A stretch of DNA of 63,998 bases, filler included, from Neoconidiobolus thromboides FSU 785 (GCA_025603075.1; 6 parts of 6 records of this genome joined end to end with filler, not necessarily neighbours in it); one strand, 5' to 3'. Shown: positions 1 to 14,745, counted from the first letter of the whole stretch. Notes: generated by a model not told the origin, from the letters alone. A program made the numbers and translations.

Positions 1-63
1 ACTATATAAACAATATAAAGTTTATAAATTTTAAAAACACTTAAATATTAAAAAAACCCAAAG

Positions 64-453
64 ATGCAATTCAAATCTATCTTATTCGCTGTTGCTACCC
101 TTCTTTCCATCAACGCTGAAAAATGTCCAGCTAAAAACGATAACTGTGGGGATGTAAGTTTACCACCAAACAGTGGCTTAACCATGGACGCTACTCTTTA
201 CTCAGAATCTAACTTCAAAGGTGAATTTAAGAAAGTTGTAGTTAATGGAGCTTATGGATGTGTCAATGATGTTCCTGATTTTACTATTAAATCTTTATTA
301 TCATCAGGTAGCACCCAAGTTACTTTACACTATGGTAAAGACTGTATTGGTCATGTAATTAGTCAAATGCAAGGTGGATCATTTGATTTAGACTCTAAGA
401 AAGGATGCCCAGGTTCTATCTTTATCAAACATAATCGTTATGGCTCTTGTTAA
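64..453 (+). CDS. Small secreted Cys-containing protein, possible beta/gamma-crystallin-like fold
   Basis: 129-aa single-exon ORF; signal-peptide-like N-terminus MQFKSILFAVATLLSINA; 6 Cys; LYSESNFKG resembles the crystallin Greek-key Y/FxxxxF/YxG motif. Confidence 0.7.
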   Translation: MQFKSILFAVATLLSINAEKCPAKNDNCGDVSLPPNSGLTMDATLYSESNFKGEFKKVVVNGAYGCVNDVPDFTIKSLLSSGSTQVTLHYGKDCIGHVISQMQGGSFDLDSKKGCPGSIFIKHNRYGSC

Positions 454-640
454 ATAATTAAATTGTATATAATGTATTCATTTAAGTTTTTAAGAAACTT
501 TTTAACTATAAAACAATAGGCTAATATTTTGTTGTCAAATGTTTAAAAGAATATAACTTTTATTTTTTAAAATACTTTACAAATAATAAACTATCTTATA
601 ATATAAAAAATTCTAAAAATAAATACATCTAACCTTTTCT

Positions 641-1927
641 CTAATCGGATGTCCTATAAAAGCGCTCATAGTTAGTGATAGGTACATGACACCTTGGGCA
701 TGGTGGATTTGAGTCATTAGAAGAAACCAAAATTGATAAACATTGGTAACACAACAGATGATTACAATTTAAAGAATAAGCAAGTTGACATCTACAATTC
801 AAAGCTCCAATAAAATTTGGATGATAACTATTACTATTATTCATAATTATTTCCTCCTGCGTCATACCCTCATGATTGCTCTGACTAGTATCATGACTTT
901 CCAAGTTTTTATAATAATAACAATACGCACACGTGGACGTTGGTAACTCGCTTAATATCTTTTGATTTTCTGCTGAATACATGCCTTCTTTTTCATTACC
1001 TCCAAACTTGAACAAGATTTTTTTCAGCTTGTTGCTCAACTTTGGTAAATTAATCAAGGGGGCTATGAATAATAAAAATTCTGCAAACCCATCCCACACC
1101 ATCTGTCGATTTAAAAATTCAAAATTTAACTGCCTTATACCTGCTTTTCTGGCTGGTACTAATCTCAGACCAAGTATTCTTTCAATAATACCTCGGTATC
1201 TAAATAAAATAAATATATTTTAAAACCAAGACAGTAAAATGAAACCCACCTTCCGTTATAAATAAAATGCAAAAAATGAATTAGATTGATCAATTTGACC
1301 CATTTTTCTAAAGAACTTATAGCCTTATAAATTTTGTACTTTGTAGTCTGACTATTAACTTCGTCTCCCCATCCCCCGCCTACTCCTGAGTTTAACCACT
1401 TACTCCAGAGATATTGACCACCAATCGTTAACACGCCATAGAGTGATACTTGTAATAAAGTGGGGTCCGAAATCGAAGTGGTAGTAAAATTTTTAGCTGA
1501 AGCAAGAGTAAATAAAAAAGATGTAATCAAAAAAAATAATTTTACGTGAAAAATCATTTTGAAACCTCAGGTTTTGCAACATGGCGCCGTAGCTAGCTTT
1601 AAACTTACCACGGAAAGAAAAATAAAACAAAACACTTTGAAGCCCTAGAACCAATTCTGGTTCATACATAGTTTTGATATCACTCTATAAAAAGCAAAAC
1701 TATTATTTTAAACTTTATAGGCTTTAGTAATTGGTTACCTTGAACAATGAGACTGCAGTAAATAGCTTCGTTGATAAAATCTCTTTTAATTCATTATCTA
1801 ACAAATCAGCATCTAGCTGTGCCACTCTGGAGACTTTTAAATCTACATTTTTCAAATCCACAATTTCCTTAACGCTTTCTTCTTTCTCTACTTCATTGTC
1901 TTTGGCTTCCCAGTAGTTATTACTCAT
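641..1927 (-). CDS. PEX2: Peroxin-2, peroxisomal RING E3 ligase (multi-exon)
   Basis: RVAQLDADLLDNEL; ASYGAMLQNLRF; LYGVLTIGGQYLW; VWDGFAEFLLFIAPLINL; C-terminal RING CAYC...CNHLLCYQC...CPRC; GT-AG introns link the ORF fragments. Confidence 0.93.
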
Positions 1928-2471
1928 TGCTGTGTGTTAAAAAATCGTCCGATTTAATGTTAGTAGATAAAAACTGTTTTTTAAAATGATATTAAAAATT
2001 CAGTGAATTAAAAGGCAACTTCATTTAAAACTCAGGTTAAACCAATTATAATTAGCTTTTACATGCCAAGCCAATGAATGAAAATTAGTCTAAAAAAGGT
2101 TAAAATGGACCTAATTTTCAACTAGAAATTAATAAAGTAAAACTTTGACTTTGAAAAGCATATATTTGTCACAAAACAACCCTTTTTAGACTTAAATTAG
2201 TATTCATAAATAGAAAGACGCTATTTATCTATTATAAAATTATGAACCAAAACCAAAGAACTCTGGTATCTCAAGAGCAATTTACCTCCCTAGCTTTAAA
2301 AACCATGCTATTTCAACATTTGAAAAATAATAGTCACAGCCTCACTTTTAACCAATAAAGTTTAAATTTTTAACCATGATGAAGTCATCAATCATTTGAA
2401 ATAGAAATGTGTCAAAAAAATAAACTACATTTTTAATATTTTTATCAAAAAATACAACCGAAAGATTCATA

Positions 2472-4066
2472 ATGACACGTACGTTTGTAATTGGAGTGGG
2501 TATGACGAAGTAAGAATACATAAACTTTATATACAGGAGCTAAATCATGCTAGGTTTGAACGCTTTGGAAAGCGTGAAGATTGGGAGTATCCAGGTATTT
2601 TTAACTAAATAACTAACCATTTAACTAGAGCTTTTCATTAGAAATCGCAAAAGAGGCCATAGAAGAAGCATTGAAAGATAGTGAGTTGGGAATCAATGAT
2701 ATCGAGGCCGCCGTTGCCTCTTATTGTTACGGTGACTCTTGCTGTGGTCATCGAGGTCTAAGAGGTAAGTGCAGGAAATTTTATAATTTATTAAAATATG
2801 CTTACAGTAAAATTAATAGAGGTGGGACTTACAGGGATACCTGTATTCAATGTGAATAGTAATTGTTCCTCAGGCTCAAGTGCCTTATATTTAGCAAATA
2901 CCTTTTTAAAGTCTGGAAAGGAGTGCATGCTAGCGTTTGGTAAGTATAAAAGTAGATGAAATCAAGTTATTCATATTAATTTATTTTTTAAAGGGTTTGA
3001 GAAGATGGAGGTAAGAAGCAAGCATAACGAATATTAGTTTTTAAAGTTTATTTTTATTTTAGCGTGGTCTTTCCATGAAATACCCTAACTTCCCACAGCC
3101 AACTGCACCCCATTACTTAGCCCATGACGATTTGATCGAAAAATTAAACTTGCCTCCAATCAACAAGCACCCCAAATTAAATGAAATGACTAGTGGAGCC
3201 ATGACTATGTTCACTTCCGCTGGTTTGGAGTATATGCGCAAATACAATGTATCCAAAGAAGTGTTAACAAAGATAGCACACAAAAATCATTTACACTCAG
3301 TTTATAACGCAAAAGCATGTTTCAATCAAGAGTTTACTTATGAGCAGATTACAAATCCTAAGATGCAACTAACGGATTTAATCTACTCTGCAATGGCTGG
3401 ACCTACTGTAAGTTTCAATTTGACTATTGTTATTATTAATTAAGCTCTTTTTAGGCTGATGGTGGTGCAGCAGCCGTCCTGGTTACTGAAAGTTACCTAA
3501 ATAAAAATCCACATCTTAAAGAAAAAGCGGTGGAAATTTTAGACATGGAAATGTTGAGTGATACTGCAAATTTCAATGATTCTTTTGCAAATATTGTTGG
3601 ACTCAACTTAGCTAAAGAAGGTGTTAATAGAATTTTCAAAAGACAAAATCAATATTCTATCAAAGATGTTTCAGTAATTGAATTACATGATTGCTTTACG
3701 CCAAACGAATTTTTATTGTATGAGGCACTTGGCCTATGTGATGAAGGCAAGGCGGAGAAATTGGTTATGGAGGAGATGAAAATGATCCAATGTAAAGGCA
3801 AAGGCAGATTGATGCAGTTCAAAAATCAAGTGGTTGTTAATCCTTCTGGGGGCTTAGTTTCCAAAGGTCATCCCTTAGGTGCTACAGGTTTAGCTCAATG
3901 CTATGAGCTTTGTAATCAATTAAGATCTAAAGTGGAACCTGAGCGTCAAGTACCTAATCCCAAATTAGCTCTTCAACACAATGTTGGCATTGGAACAAGC
4001 TGTGTACTGTTTTTGTATAAAAAATATTTACCTTTAACTAAGAATCACAGTTTAAATAAACTTTAA
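2472..4066 (+). CDS. SCP2: SCPx-type (SCP2-like) thiolase without SCP2 domain, probably peroxisomal (multi-exon)
   Basis: MTRTFVIGVGMTK start; GIPVFNVNSNCSSGSSA active-site Cys; IELHDCF; VNPSGGLVSKGHPLGATG; QHNVG; ends in -NKL, a PTS1-like tripeptide. Confidence 0.9.
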
Positions 4067-4078
4067 TTTTGATTTTTA

Positions 4079-6410
4079 TTAAGATACAAAAATAGGCGTA
4101 TTCTTTTGGATTGAAGTTTTTAAACTGAAAGTCGAATTTACATATTCAAAAAGCAAAATTGAGTTAGAGGTTAAAATCAATAACAATGGGGTACTTTCAC
4201 TATCCTCACTCTTGAAAAACTTAAAGTCTAAAATAGCCCCCATTTGTTCAAATGTGTCGTTTTTTAGCACAAATTTTATAGGCTCGACTTGTTCTTCATC
4301 AATTATGGTATTACTATTACCATCTTCAATAGCTGGTAATCTATAGATTAAAATCTAATAATTTTAGTTTCAACGCCATCTTGTTGTAGTTATCATATTA
4401 CTTACTTCTTTTCTCAGTTCATCTCTAGCACAAAAATAAGCATGATCAGTAAAAAATAAATACGTTTTGGGCATAGAGGTCTCTTGAAAGTACCCCTTAA
4501 GATCAGCTACTTTGTTAAACTGAACTTCATCTAAATGATTGGTAATATTCACCATGGAAGTGATACTCAATATACTACTATGTCTATTAAACATTAACTT
4601 ACCAATAATATGATTTGTTGTTTTTAATGCTGAATCTCGAAATGAAGCCAAAATCATTTTCTTTTCATGGTCATATGTTAATGAGTAGCATGAACAGTTT
4701 AAGTCTTTTTTATCAATAATTTTTTTACATAATTTAGTCGCATTATAGTGGTTATTATAACTAATGTTCCCTTCAAAATTTAAATCCCATAAATAAACCC
4801 CATCAATATTAGCACCAATCAAATACTCGAATTGGTTGAGTTCAACAAAATATAAAGAATGAATTGGCGCTTGACTTGTGATTTCGGGATAATGCAGTAT
4901 TCGGGTAGGCTCTTGGCATAAAATTGAATTGTAATCAAACTCTACTATTTTTGAATTGCCGCACCCTGCATAAATAAAATGTTTTTGCTTTGAATTAAAA
5001 CAACATGACCATCCTTGGCCTGGTAACTTAAATTTATGGTTGATTTTTTGTTCCATAGGGTTGCTTAAGACCATAGTACTATCGAAGGACACTGTTAATA
5101 AACGAATGACAGTTCCAATTTCTTGAGTTTTAATATCTCTCAACTGACTATTATGTAAGCGATAAGAAAATTGTACATTTGTTTGGTTTAATTTGATGGT
5201 AGTGATACCAAAATTCGTCGGATCAAATTTACGCCCAACAAATATTATCTTCTCATTATTACTAACATCCATTACCCTCGTGATATTTGACTAGATAACA
5301 GTTAGAACCGATTGTCATATGCTTATGATTTTTACTCTTACTTCATTGGATACTTCAACTTTTGCTTTGAACCTAAAAATAGCACTATTTAGACCTTTAT
5401 GTTTACTTGGTATAATGATCTCATAAGGTGAAATTATAGCCACACTATCTACTTCAATTATATCTGTTGGTATTATATCACCAAAAGATTGACAGTTTGC
5501 AACTTTTCTATAATAATAAATAAAATTAATTAATTAATAAAGATAAAAAAGTTACCGATTTAATTCTTGAATAACTTTACGTGCTTTAGATAGTTCTCTC
5601 TAAATAAAGAACGTTTAGTTTTACTTGCTCTTCAATTTAATTTAATTTAATTTAATTTACCTCTATCATATCTTTACTTAGCTTCACCTTATTCAACTCA
5701 CTCTGCACCAATTCTATTTGGGTCCTTGCCATTTCTGCTTTTTTTAAGGCAGAATCTCTTTCAGTTACATCCAACGCTTTGAGATTGTTGATATACAATG
5801 ATCGTATTTCTTTATCTTTGTAATATACGCTAGATGAAATTAGTAAAGGACTCAATTTAAATAAAAAAACTATACCCACAGAATGGACATGGTGCTAAGT
5901 TTAATCCACGATCAAGTGCTTTGGTCTGAAACCAACGTTTAACACAACTGTGAAGATATTAATTATGGTTTTTTGAAGCAGTATTTTATTACCTTTTGCC
6001 AAACACATGGCCGCAAGGGAGGCAGGATATCTGATGTTCTCCAGAGTTTGTCCAGTCTGAGTAACATATTGAACATGTGTTTGAGTCTTCTTCTTCATAC
6101 TCTCTCTAAAAAATTAATATTAATTATCTAAAATTTTATACCTATGTAAGCTTACAGCCCGTTTCAGTCTATTACTTTGAGAATTATTACTATCCTCTGT
6201 ACTTAAATCAACCTTAGTATCAGTAATATTACTTGGCACTATCTCTCTCCTTTGAATCCTTTGAAATTCAATATCATCGTCATTGAGTTGGATGGAATCG
6301 AGGTCAATCAAGTTACCGTTGTCATTTGTATAATTGAGTGTAATGTAATTAAGAAGGCTTTCTGTTTCATTGTCAACATGTTGATTCCCTCCACTGTCAT
6401 TAAATTCCAT
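4079..6410 (-). CDS. RFWD3: RING-finger / coiled-coil / WD40 E3 ligase, RFWD3-like (multi-exon)
   Basis: RING CSICYSDWTNSGEHQISCLPCGHVFG at ~6070-5990; coiled-coil exon 5652-5879; WD40-like region HNSQLRDI, LLTVSFD, GWSCCFN, IYAGCGNSKIVEFD. Confidence 0.8.
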
Positions 6411-6504
6411 AGTATCGTTAAATAACTTAAAAGTATTGAACCAGAATAAAAAGTAAAAGAAATTTTGTTTTTGTTTTTTTATTTCCAATTTACCAATTTT
6501 GTCA
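6411..6504. promoter_or_regulatory. Probable bidirectional promoter between RFWD3-like and ATE1
   Basis: Only 94 bp between the two divergent ATGs. Confidence 0.55.
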
Positions 6505-8105
<1,601 letters not shown>

Positions 8106-8121
8106 GTATTAGATTAATTTA

Positions 8122-10498
8122 TCAGACATAAAGAGAATCAAGCTCCTTTTCATATTTTTTATAAACATTGCTTCTCTTTAATTTAAAACTAGGAACCTAT
8201 TAGTATCACTATTATACTATATTATGATTATTATAGTTTACCTATCTGTTAATTCCCCACCTTCTATAGTAAACGGGGTCGTTATAAGCATAATATTGTT
8301 TGGTATCTCATAGCTATAAATAATGAGATCAGAATACTTTTATAATTAATTCATTATTATCCTATTACTTATTTAAACCTAGTTTCAGCCCATGTTCTTT
8401 AATTGAATTTAAAAATGCTTGTTTAATTTGATATTCGTCTTGATTTTTAAATTTTAGTTCAAACTTTTCAATATCTGGTTTAATCAATACAACCACATTC
8501 CTTCTTTCCTTTTTACCATAAATAACACTCTGTTCAATCAACTCATGTTGATTTAAAATATTTTCTATTCTTTCTGGGCTTATAAATTCGCCTAATAACA
8601 GTATATATTTTACTTTCATAAGTTAAAACTACAAATATAACGCTTACCATTAGCCAATTTAAAAATACTGGACTTCCTATCAATAATAAACAATCTATTT
8701 TCGTCATCAAAATAGCCGATATCTCCTGTATAAAACCAATTTTCATTATCAAAGGCCTCTTTAGTTGCGACTGCGTTTTTGTAATATTCTTTAAATACGT
8801 TTGGCCCTTTAACTAGAATCTCCCCTCTTGGGTATGGCTTATCTTTAACATAATAATTCATTGAAGGTACATCGATTAGTTTCACTTGAATTCTATAAAA
8901 TTAGCTTAAGTTAACTACTATATATTTACAAATTACTGCAACCCTGGGAACCCTACATGCCCTGAATTTTTATCCTCTAAATCTGTGACAGAAATCAAGC
9001 TCGAAGTTTCGGTTGAACCATAACCTGACAGATGTTATTTCTTTTCTATTGAATATACTAGTGGAATTACCTTGTTTTATATTAACTGCTAAACAAACCT
9101 TCAACACATCTAAAGCTCTTTTATCTATTGGAGCTGAGCCAACGCCTAGAATTTTTACATTGCCCCCTATAGCATCTTTAATTTTGGTCAGAAACAAGTT
9201 ATCATAAACCGAAGTAACACCAAGCCCATTATAGTAGTTTGCCAGTTTGTATTGAACAAACTTGTTAAATAGCTGTGCGGAGTAAGTGTTTTGATTCAAA
9301 TTGAATTGTACTTGGTCATAAATTTTAGTCAGTATGGCTGGCACACAGTTTAAAATACTGGGTTTTAATTGTCTTATATCAGTTAAAAAGTTTTTGATGT
9401 TGCCTGAGTAGAAGCCAATCGCTACTTTATAGTGCATCATTGTGATAAATGTGGAACGCTCAAAACAATGCGCTAAGGGCAGATATGAGAAATATACCTA
9501 ATGAGATAGTAGGAAGTCCAAATTCAAAATATATATGATAGTCATTCACCTACTTTCGATTTCAACTTTAATTTTGAAAATTCTCTATAACTGGTAATCA
9601 AGTTACATGTATAGTTGTGGTGCGTATTCACTACTCCTTTTGGGTTACCCGTAGAACCACTAGTATAGCAAATTGTATAGACACTATCTTCTTTACTTGG
9701 ATTGAGTGGTAATTTTTTTATTTTGCCTTATTTATTTATACTATATTGTTAAAAAATATACTATACTATACTTACCTAGCTCTTCCACTTCCTTAAAATC
9801 CATCAACATAATACCACTTCCATAGGTCTGTTCCATCCATAATTTCAAATTTGGGTCTGTAAAATCCATATTAATCAACAACTTAACACCAAACAGCTCA
9901 ACCTTTAAGCTCAATAATTTGACCAAATTCACTTGATTTGTAATCAAAACTTCCACCTCAGAATGCCGAAATATATACTCTAACTGCTCTTTACTATAAG
10001 TATTATAAACTCCGACACAGGTCAAATTTTGAAATGTGAAACTTAAATCCGAGATAGTCCATTCGATTCGATTATTGCTGTAGACACCAATACTCTTTAT
10101 TGCTTTATTGATATATAGCTGATGGTTATTAATCATATTCATAAGACCAGAGCTGAAGTTCAAAACTCTTTGGTAAATCTGCTGATACGTTTGGAAACTG
10201 TAATTTAAATACTCGTCCCCATCCTTGGTCCTTTCTCCCAAAAAGGAGGCGTTTGGGGCCTCTTTTAAAGCTGGAATTCAAGGAATATAATTTACATTAT
10301 TTAAATTTAGACAACAAAAGTAAAGCCTTACCTTTTATAAACACATCATAGACAGTGGTTGGAAAGTGGGGCAACTCCTTCATGCTTTCTTCATCCTTTC
10401 GATAATAAATCTCTAACAAAAGGATATAAGTCATCACAGTTATCAGCTATCCCCAACAAAATCTTACTACTACTCTGTATTTCACTTTGATCTGTCAT
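8122..10498 (-). CDS. Long-chain fatty acyl-CoA synthetase (FAA/ACSL family; multi-exon; start uncertain, 10394 or 10498)
   Basis: AMP-binding motif ICYTSGSTGNPKGV; ISYLPLAHCFER; KLIDVPSMNY...PYPRGEILVKGPNVFKEYYKN; WFYTGDIG; IIDRKSSIFKLANG; TDSFKLKR near C-terminus. Confidence 0.92.
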
Positions 10499-11585
10499 TT
10501 CTTTTTTATTCTTTTTTATTTCTCGCTTTATATATATCTTTCCATTATTTTTTACCCCACATTTTTGGTTTTAGATTACTCCTTTTTATACACTCATTAG
10601 TTTCATAGTCACTAAAAATAAAGTAGATGGTAGTGATAGCATTTAAAAAAATATACAATATTTTATTCAAAGAATTCGGTTGTCAATGACTAAATCAAAT
10701 ATTTAATTGTTTAAACATTTTTTATACAAGAGTGTTGTAATAACTATGGTATATTAGAAAAGCTTAAAAATTGCTTTAAATTTAATCAAAAATAATATAT
10801 TAAAATAATATATTAAAATAACACTACTAATTATTTAAATTAGACCTTATGATATCAAAATTTTTATAACTTTTTAAAAGCAAAATATACGTAGGTAAGT
10901 AGTAATTATTTTTTAGGTCTTAAAAGAATAGAATTCACAAGTATGAAAAGGCTACTCTCAAATCTAGATGGGCTATATTATTTAGATTTATATTCTGCTT
11001 TGTAGATAGCAACCCAGATTTGGAAGAGTATTATACTATCAGTTGAAAGAGCCAGGATGTTATCGGAAAAAAGCTTCTATTATAAAAGAATAGTACGAAA
11101 CTCTTTAACCATTAAAATTTTTTTAGGTGGTATAAATGAATCACACACCCTAGGGCCAATTGAGGATAAGTTGGGTTCTCAGTGGTTTTGTTTATATTTT
11201 ATTTAGAACGAATAATTATTCTCAAAAAAGCTGGCATAGAGAAAGTTTTTTAAATGGGGTCAGAAAGCCTTAAAGCTTTTCACCATCTTTATCTCTTTCC
11301 CCGATTATTTTTTAATACACACTAATAAAATTTACTTGAATGTACTATTTGTTTTTCAAAAATAGGCTAACATTAAAGATATTTTTTGCATTAATTATAG
11401 GTGTTAACTTGGCAATAATTCCTTTAACTTCGAAACTTAGAGATAGAAAAAACAACTAAGAATATGTATGTGATGCTCATTCCTTTAAATTTGATAAAAT
11501 ATAATATAGATACTTAATAATATATCATTTTTATTTAAGAGTCATGTATAAATAATTCGGGTAATACCAATATCTCTATCGAAAT

Positions 11586-12086
11586 TTAGCGAATATAAGG
11601 AAGTATAAAAGAACATAGTAAATTCGAGAGATTGATATAATAATGGTTTGTAAATGTTAGCTTTATATGATTAGATAACGCAATTATCTGATCAAGTAAA
11701 TCTTTTATACGAGTTAGATAGATAGGTAGAAGATGGTATAGGTTCAAAGTTGGTAAATGACATAAGGTTAATGAGCATACAATTAAAAGAGGTAGTTTAT
11801 AAAATGGGACCGTTGAATTTTGTTTCAGAAATTCAAGGTCGTGTTTACATAGTGAGGAAGTAATATCATTATTGTTTATAAAATAATAATGATTAATCAA
11901 ATGTATATCTGTATCTATAGTCTCATATTCAAAACATTCGATAATGTTAATGTTGTTTAGATGTGGACTCACTTCACTTAATATTTTATATAAAGAACTG
12001 AACATGGGATATAGCTCAATCCTATCATTAAAAGTACTTGAATTTGAAGCACAGTTACATATTGAATCGGCTCCTTTAATAAACAT
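11586..12086 (-). CDS. Hypothetical protein (~166 aa from ATG at 12086)
   Basis: Long stop-free ORF in very AT-rich DNA; no recognisable motif. Confidence 0.4.
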   Translation of the reverse strand: MFIKGADSICNCASNSSTFNDRIELYPMFSSLYKILSEVSPHLNNINIIECFEYETIDTDIHLINHYYFINNNDITSSLCKHDLEFLKQNSTVPFYKLPLLIVCSLTLCHLPTLNLYHLLPIYLTRIKDLLDQIIALSNHIKLTFTNHYYINLSNLLCSFILPYIR

Positions 12087-12854
12087 AATGGATTTAATAT
12101 AAAAGAAAAAACATTTTGTATTTATCTGCACTATTTATGTTCAATGTTTTACTTTTTATAATATAAATAATTAAAAAGAAACCTAAAATTACGGTTTTTA
12201 AAAATCGGATTTTTCTAATTAGAATTAATATTCCCTAAACAAAGAATAATGTAATAGCATCAAATATGATAACTACAACATATAACAATATATTAAGAGG
12301 TTTAAAAGAACTTTTTACTTTAAAAGCAATTAGACAAATTGCAGTTTAAATGACTAAAACTTCTTTTATTAAAAAATTATAGCTCATATTTAAAAGATAC
12401 TTATCTTTGGAAATAACATTTAAGCGAATATCTATAAAATTTAATCCTTTTAATAAATATGGTTTAAAATTTTATCAATAAGATAAGCATGCCGGAAACC
12501 CAATATAGAACGTGCTTTGAGTTTAATTCTGAAATCTTTTTAATTTGTTCTATATTGCTATTGAAAAATGATGTAGTCCAAATAAGTGTGAAATGAACCA
12601 TCTGGTAAAAATATATTTCTTTTTATAGAATCCTCTAATATATGAGCCTGCTTACTAACCTTAATTTCTTTTTTCATATATATCAAGGTTAACTAAATAT
12701 TGAGCCTTGTAATTTATCATAAAAAAGATGTTTTGGATCAACATGGTCTAAGTCGATTTTTCTATTAACTGTTTTCGATTTCAACTACTATCTTACTTTT
12801 ATTTTGTGAAAGCAAACACTTTACTGCTTTCCTTTAACAGGTATATTTATAGAC

Positions 12855-12954
12855 ATAGGGATGTATTTCTTTAAGAATTTTAATAACAATCTTTTCACTC
12901 AAATAGCACTTAAAAAATGAAAAAAAGTGATGAAGTTAAAAAATCACCCCCACA
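12855..12954 (-). mobile_element. MITE family A copy
   Basis: Matches consensus TA-TGGGGATG...AGCGCT...CATCCCCA-TA. Confidence 0.75.
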
Positions 12955-13481
12955 TCCTAGCTTCTAAGAAGTATTTTTACCATTCTTTAAATTACAACTG
13001 TTGTGTTAATGGTCATTTATAAATCACATTTTTATCACCATATAAGCTACTGGAAGTTCCAATATTAGTATTATATTAAGAAAACTTAGCTAAAAATCCG
13101 AATTTTTGTCTTCATAAAATCTTTATTAATAAAACAATTCATAACTTAGAGCAAAAATTAATATGAATACTAAGAATGAACGAAACCATATATATTTAGA
13201 TATACCTGTAAACTTAATTATACATATTCGCTTGTTGACTTTATTTTAGTTTTTATCCATCAAAGTTAATTTTATAATAGAGTAACATGAACTATGGAGG
13301 TTAAAGCGATAAATAGGTTTTAAATATATATGATCATTTAAAAATCATTAAAATTCTGCAATTATTATTTCTAGCTTATATTATAATTTAACTTGAATTG
13401 AGTAATAAACATTGTAAACCCTTTTTTGTTCTACCTTTATCTTAAGAATGCATCTGAATATTATAAAAAGTTATAACGAAC

Positions 13482-13588
13482 ATATGGGGATGTTTTTTTT
13501 GGCTTGATTACTTTTTCCACCTTCCAAGCGCTATTTAAGTGGAAAAATCGTTAGTAAAATTGTTAGACACAAAAATACATCCCCATAT
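13482..13588 (+). mobile_element. MITE family A copy (intact TIRs)
   Basis: ATATGGGGATGT...ACATCCCCATAT. Confidence 0.85.
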
Positions 13589-14133
13589 ATTTATAATTTA
13601 AAAAATAAAGTTGAAAAATAATTATTCTGTTCATGAAAGACTTACACTTATTTCTCAAATGGAACACATCAAATAGATGGAATTATCAACAAACATAAAT
13701 ATATAATATATTAAGCTGTAGCTTACGTTTTTGACTAATTACAATGTTAGAATGTGACAGTACAAAATAATGGTAAAAAAAATAAGCACAAAAGCTCTAT
13801 TTTGATTCTAATAAACTTAAATAGATCAACAATTAATTTAGTAATAGAAGCGTTCTAATACGTTTGCCTATACTTTTTTCATTCTATTTTTATATACATG
13901 ATTTATAGATAACTCATATGAACATATTTTGTTTTTTAATAATATTTCGATTTCAAAGGTTTCCCTATACTTTTTTATTTAAATCAGATTTCAAATTTAT
14001 ATCAATACAAAATAAAATTTCATAACAGTTATTATTTTAGCAAAGACTAAAATCCATGTAATCCTAAAATTTTACTAGGGTTAATATAGTAATAATTAAC
14101 TTTTTCTAATTAAAACTAATATATATTTTTATT

Positions 14134-14232
14134 TGAGAATGTATTTTTGGGTTTAAGAATTTCACTGACAATTTTTCCACTCAAATGGCGCTTAAAAGAT
14201 GGAAAAAGTGATGAAGTCAGAAAAAACATCCT
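14134..14232 (-). mobile_element. MITE family A copy
   Basis: Matches consensus, eroded ends. Confidence 0.7.
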
Positions 14233-14745
14233 AATTTACTAGTTTTAAATTTTAAAAATCAAAATCTAAAATAGAGTAAATCAAGATTTTGGGTAAAGAA
14301 AATAGAAATATGGCGTAAATAACATAACTGTTAAAATGGTGATCGATTTTTTTTATAAAAATAGCTAAATTATTTATCAAAACCCAATTCTAAATAAAAA
14401 ACTGAATTTTTATTACAATTAAAAGTTTGAAGATGGTAGCTTAATCAGTAAGCAGTCCAGGCCAAATAAAAGAATAAGAAAAGGGGGCAGAATTAGAACA
14501 GAAAACAAAACATACTAGTCAATTATTAATATCCGGCTCAACCCAAAACTTTAGTAACAGTGTGTTTGGTATCAATTTATAAAAATATTAACAAAATATG
14601 CTCTATTCATAAATGGCCTATCTATCAATATTTTAATCCATTAGTACTAATCAAGGAACATAAAAGGTTGGGCATAAAATAAAATGAAGCGAGTATACAA
14701 AGCTGCTATATTAATTTTGTTTTAAAAGCAATAGATTAAAAAGCA

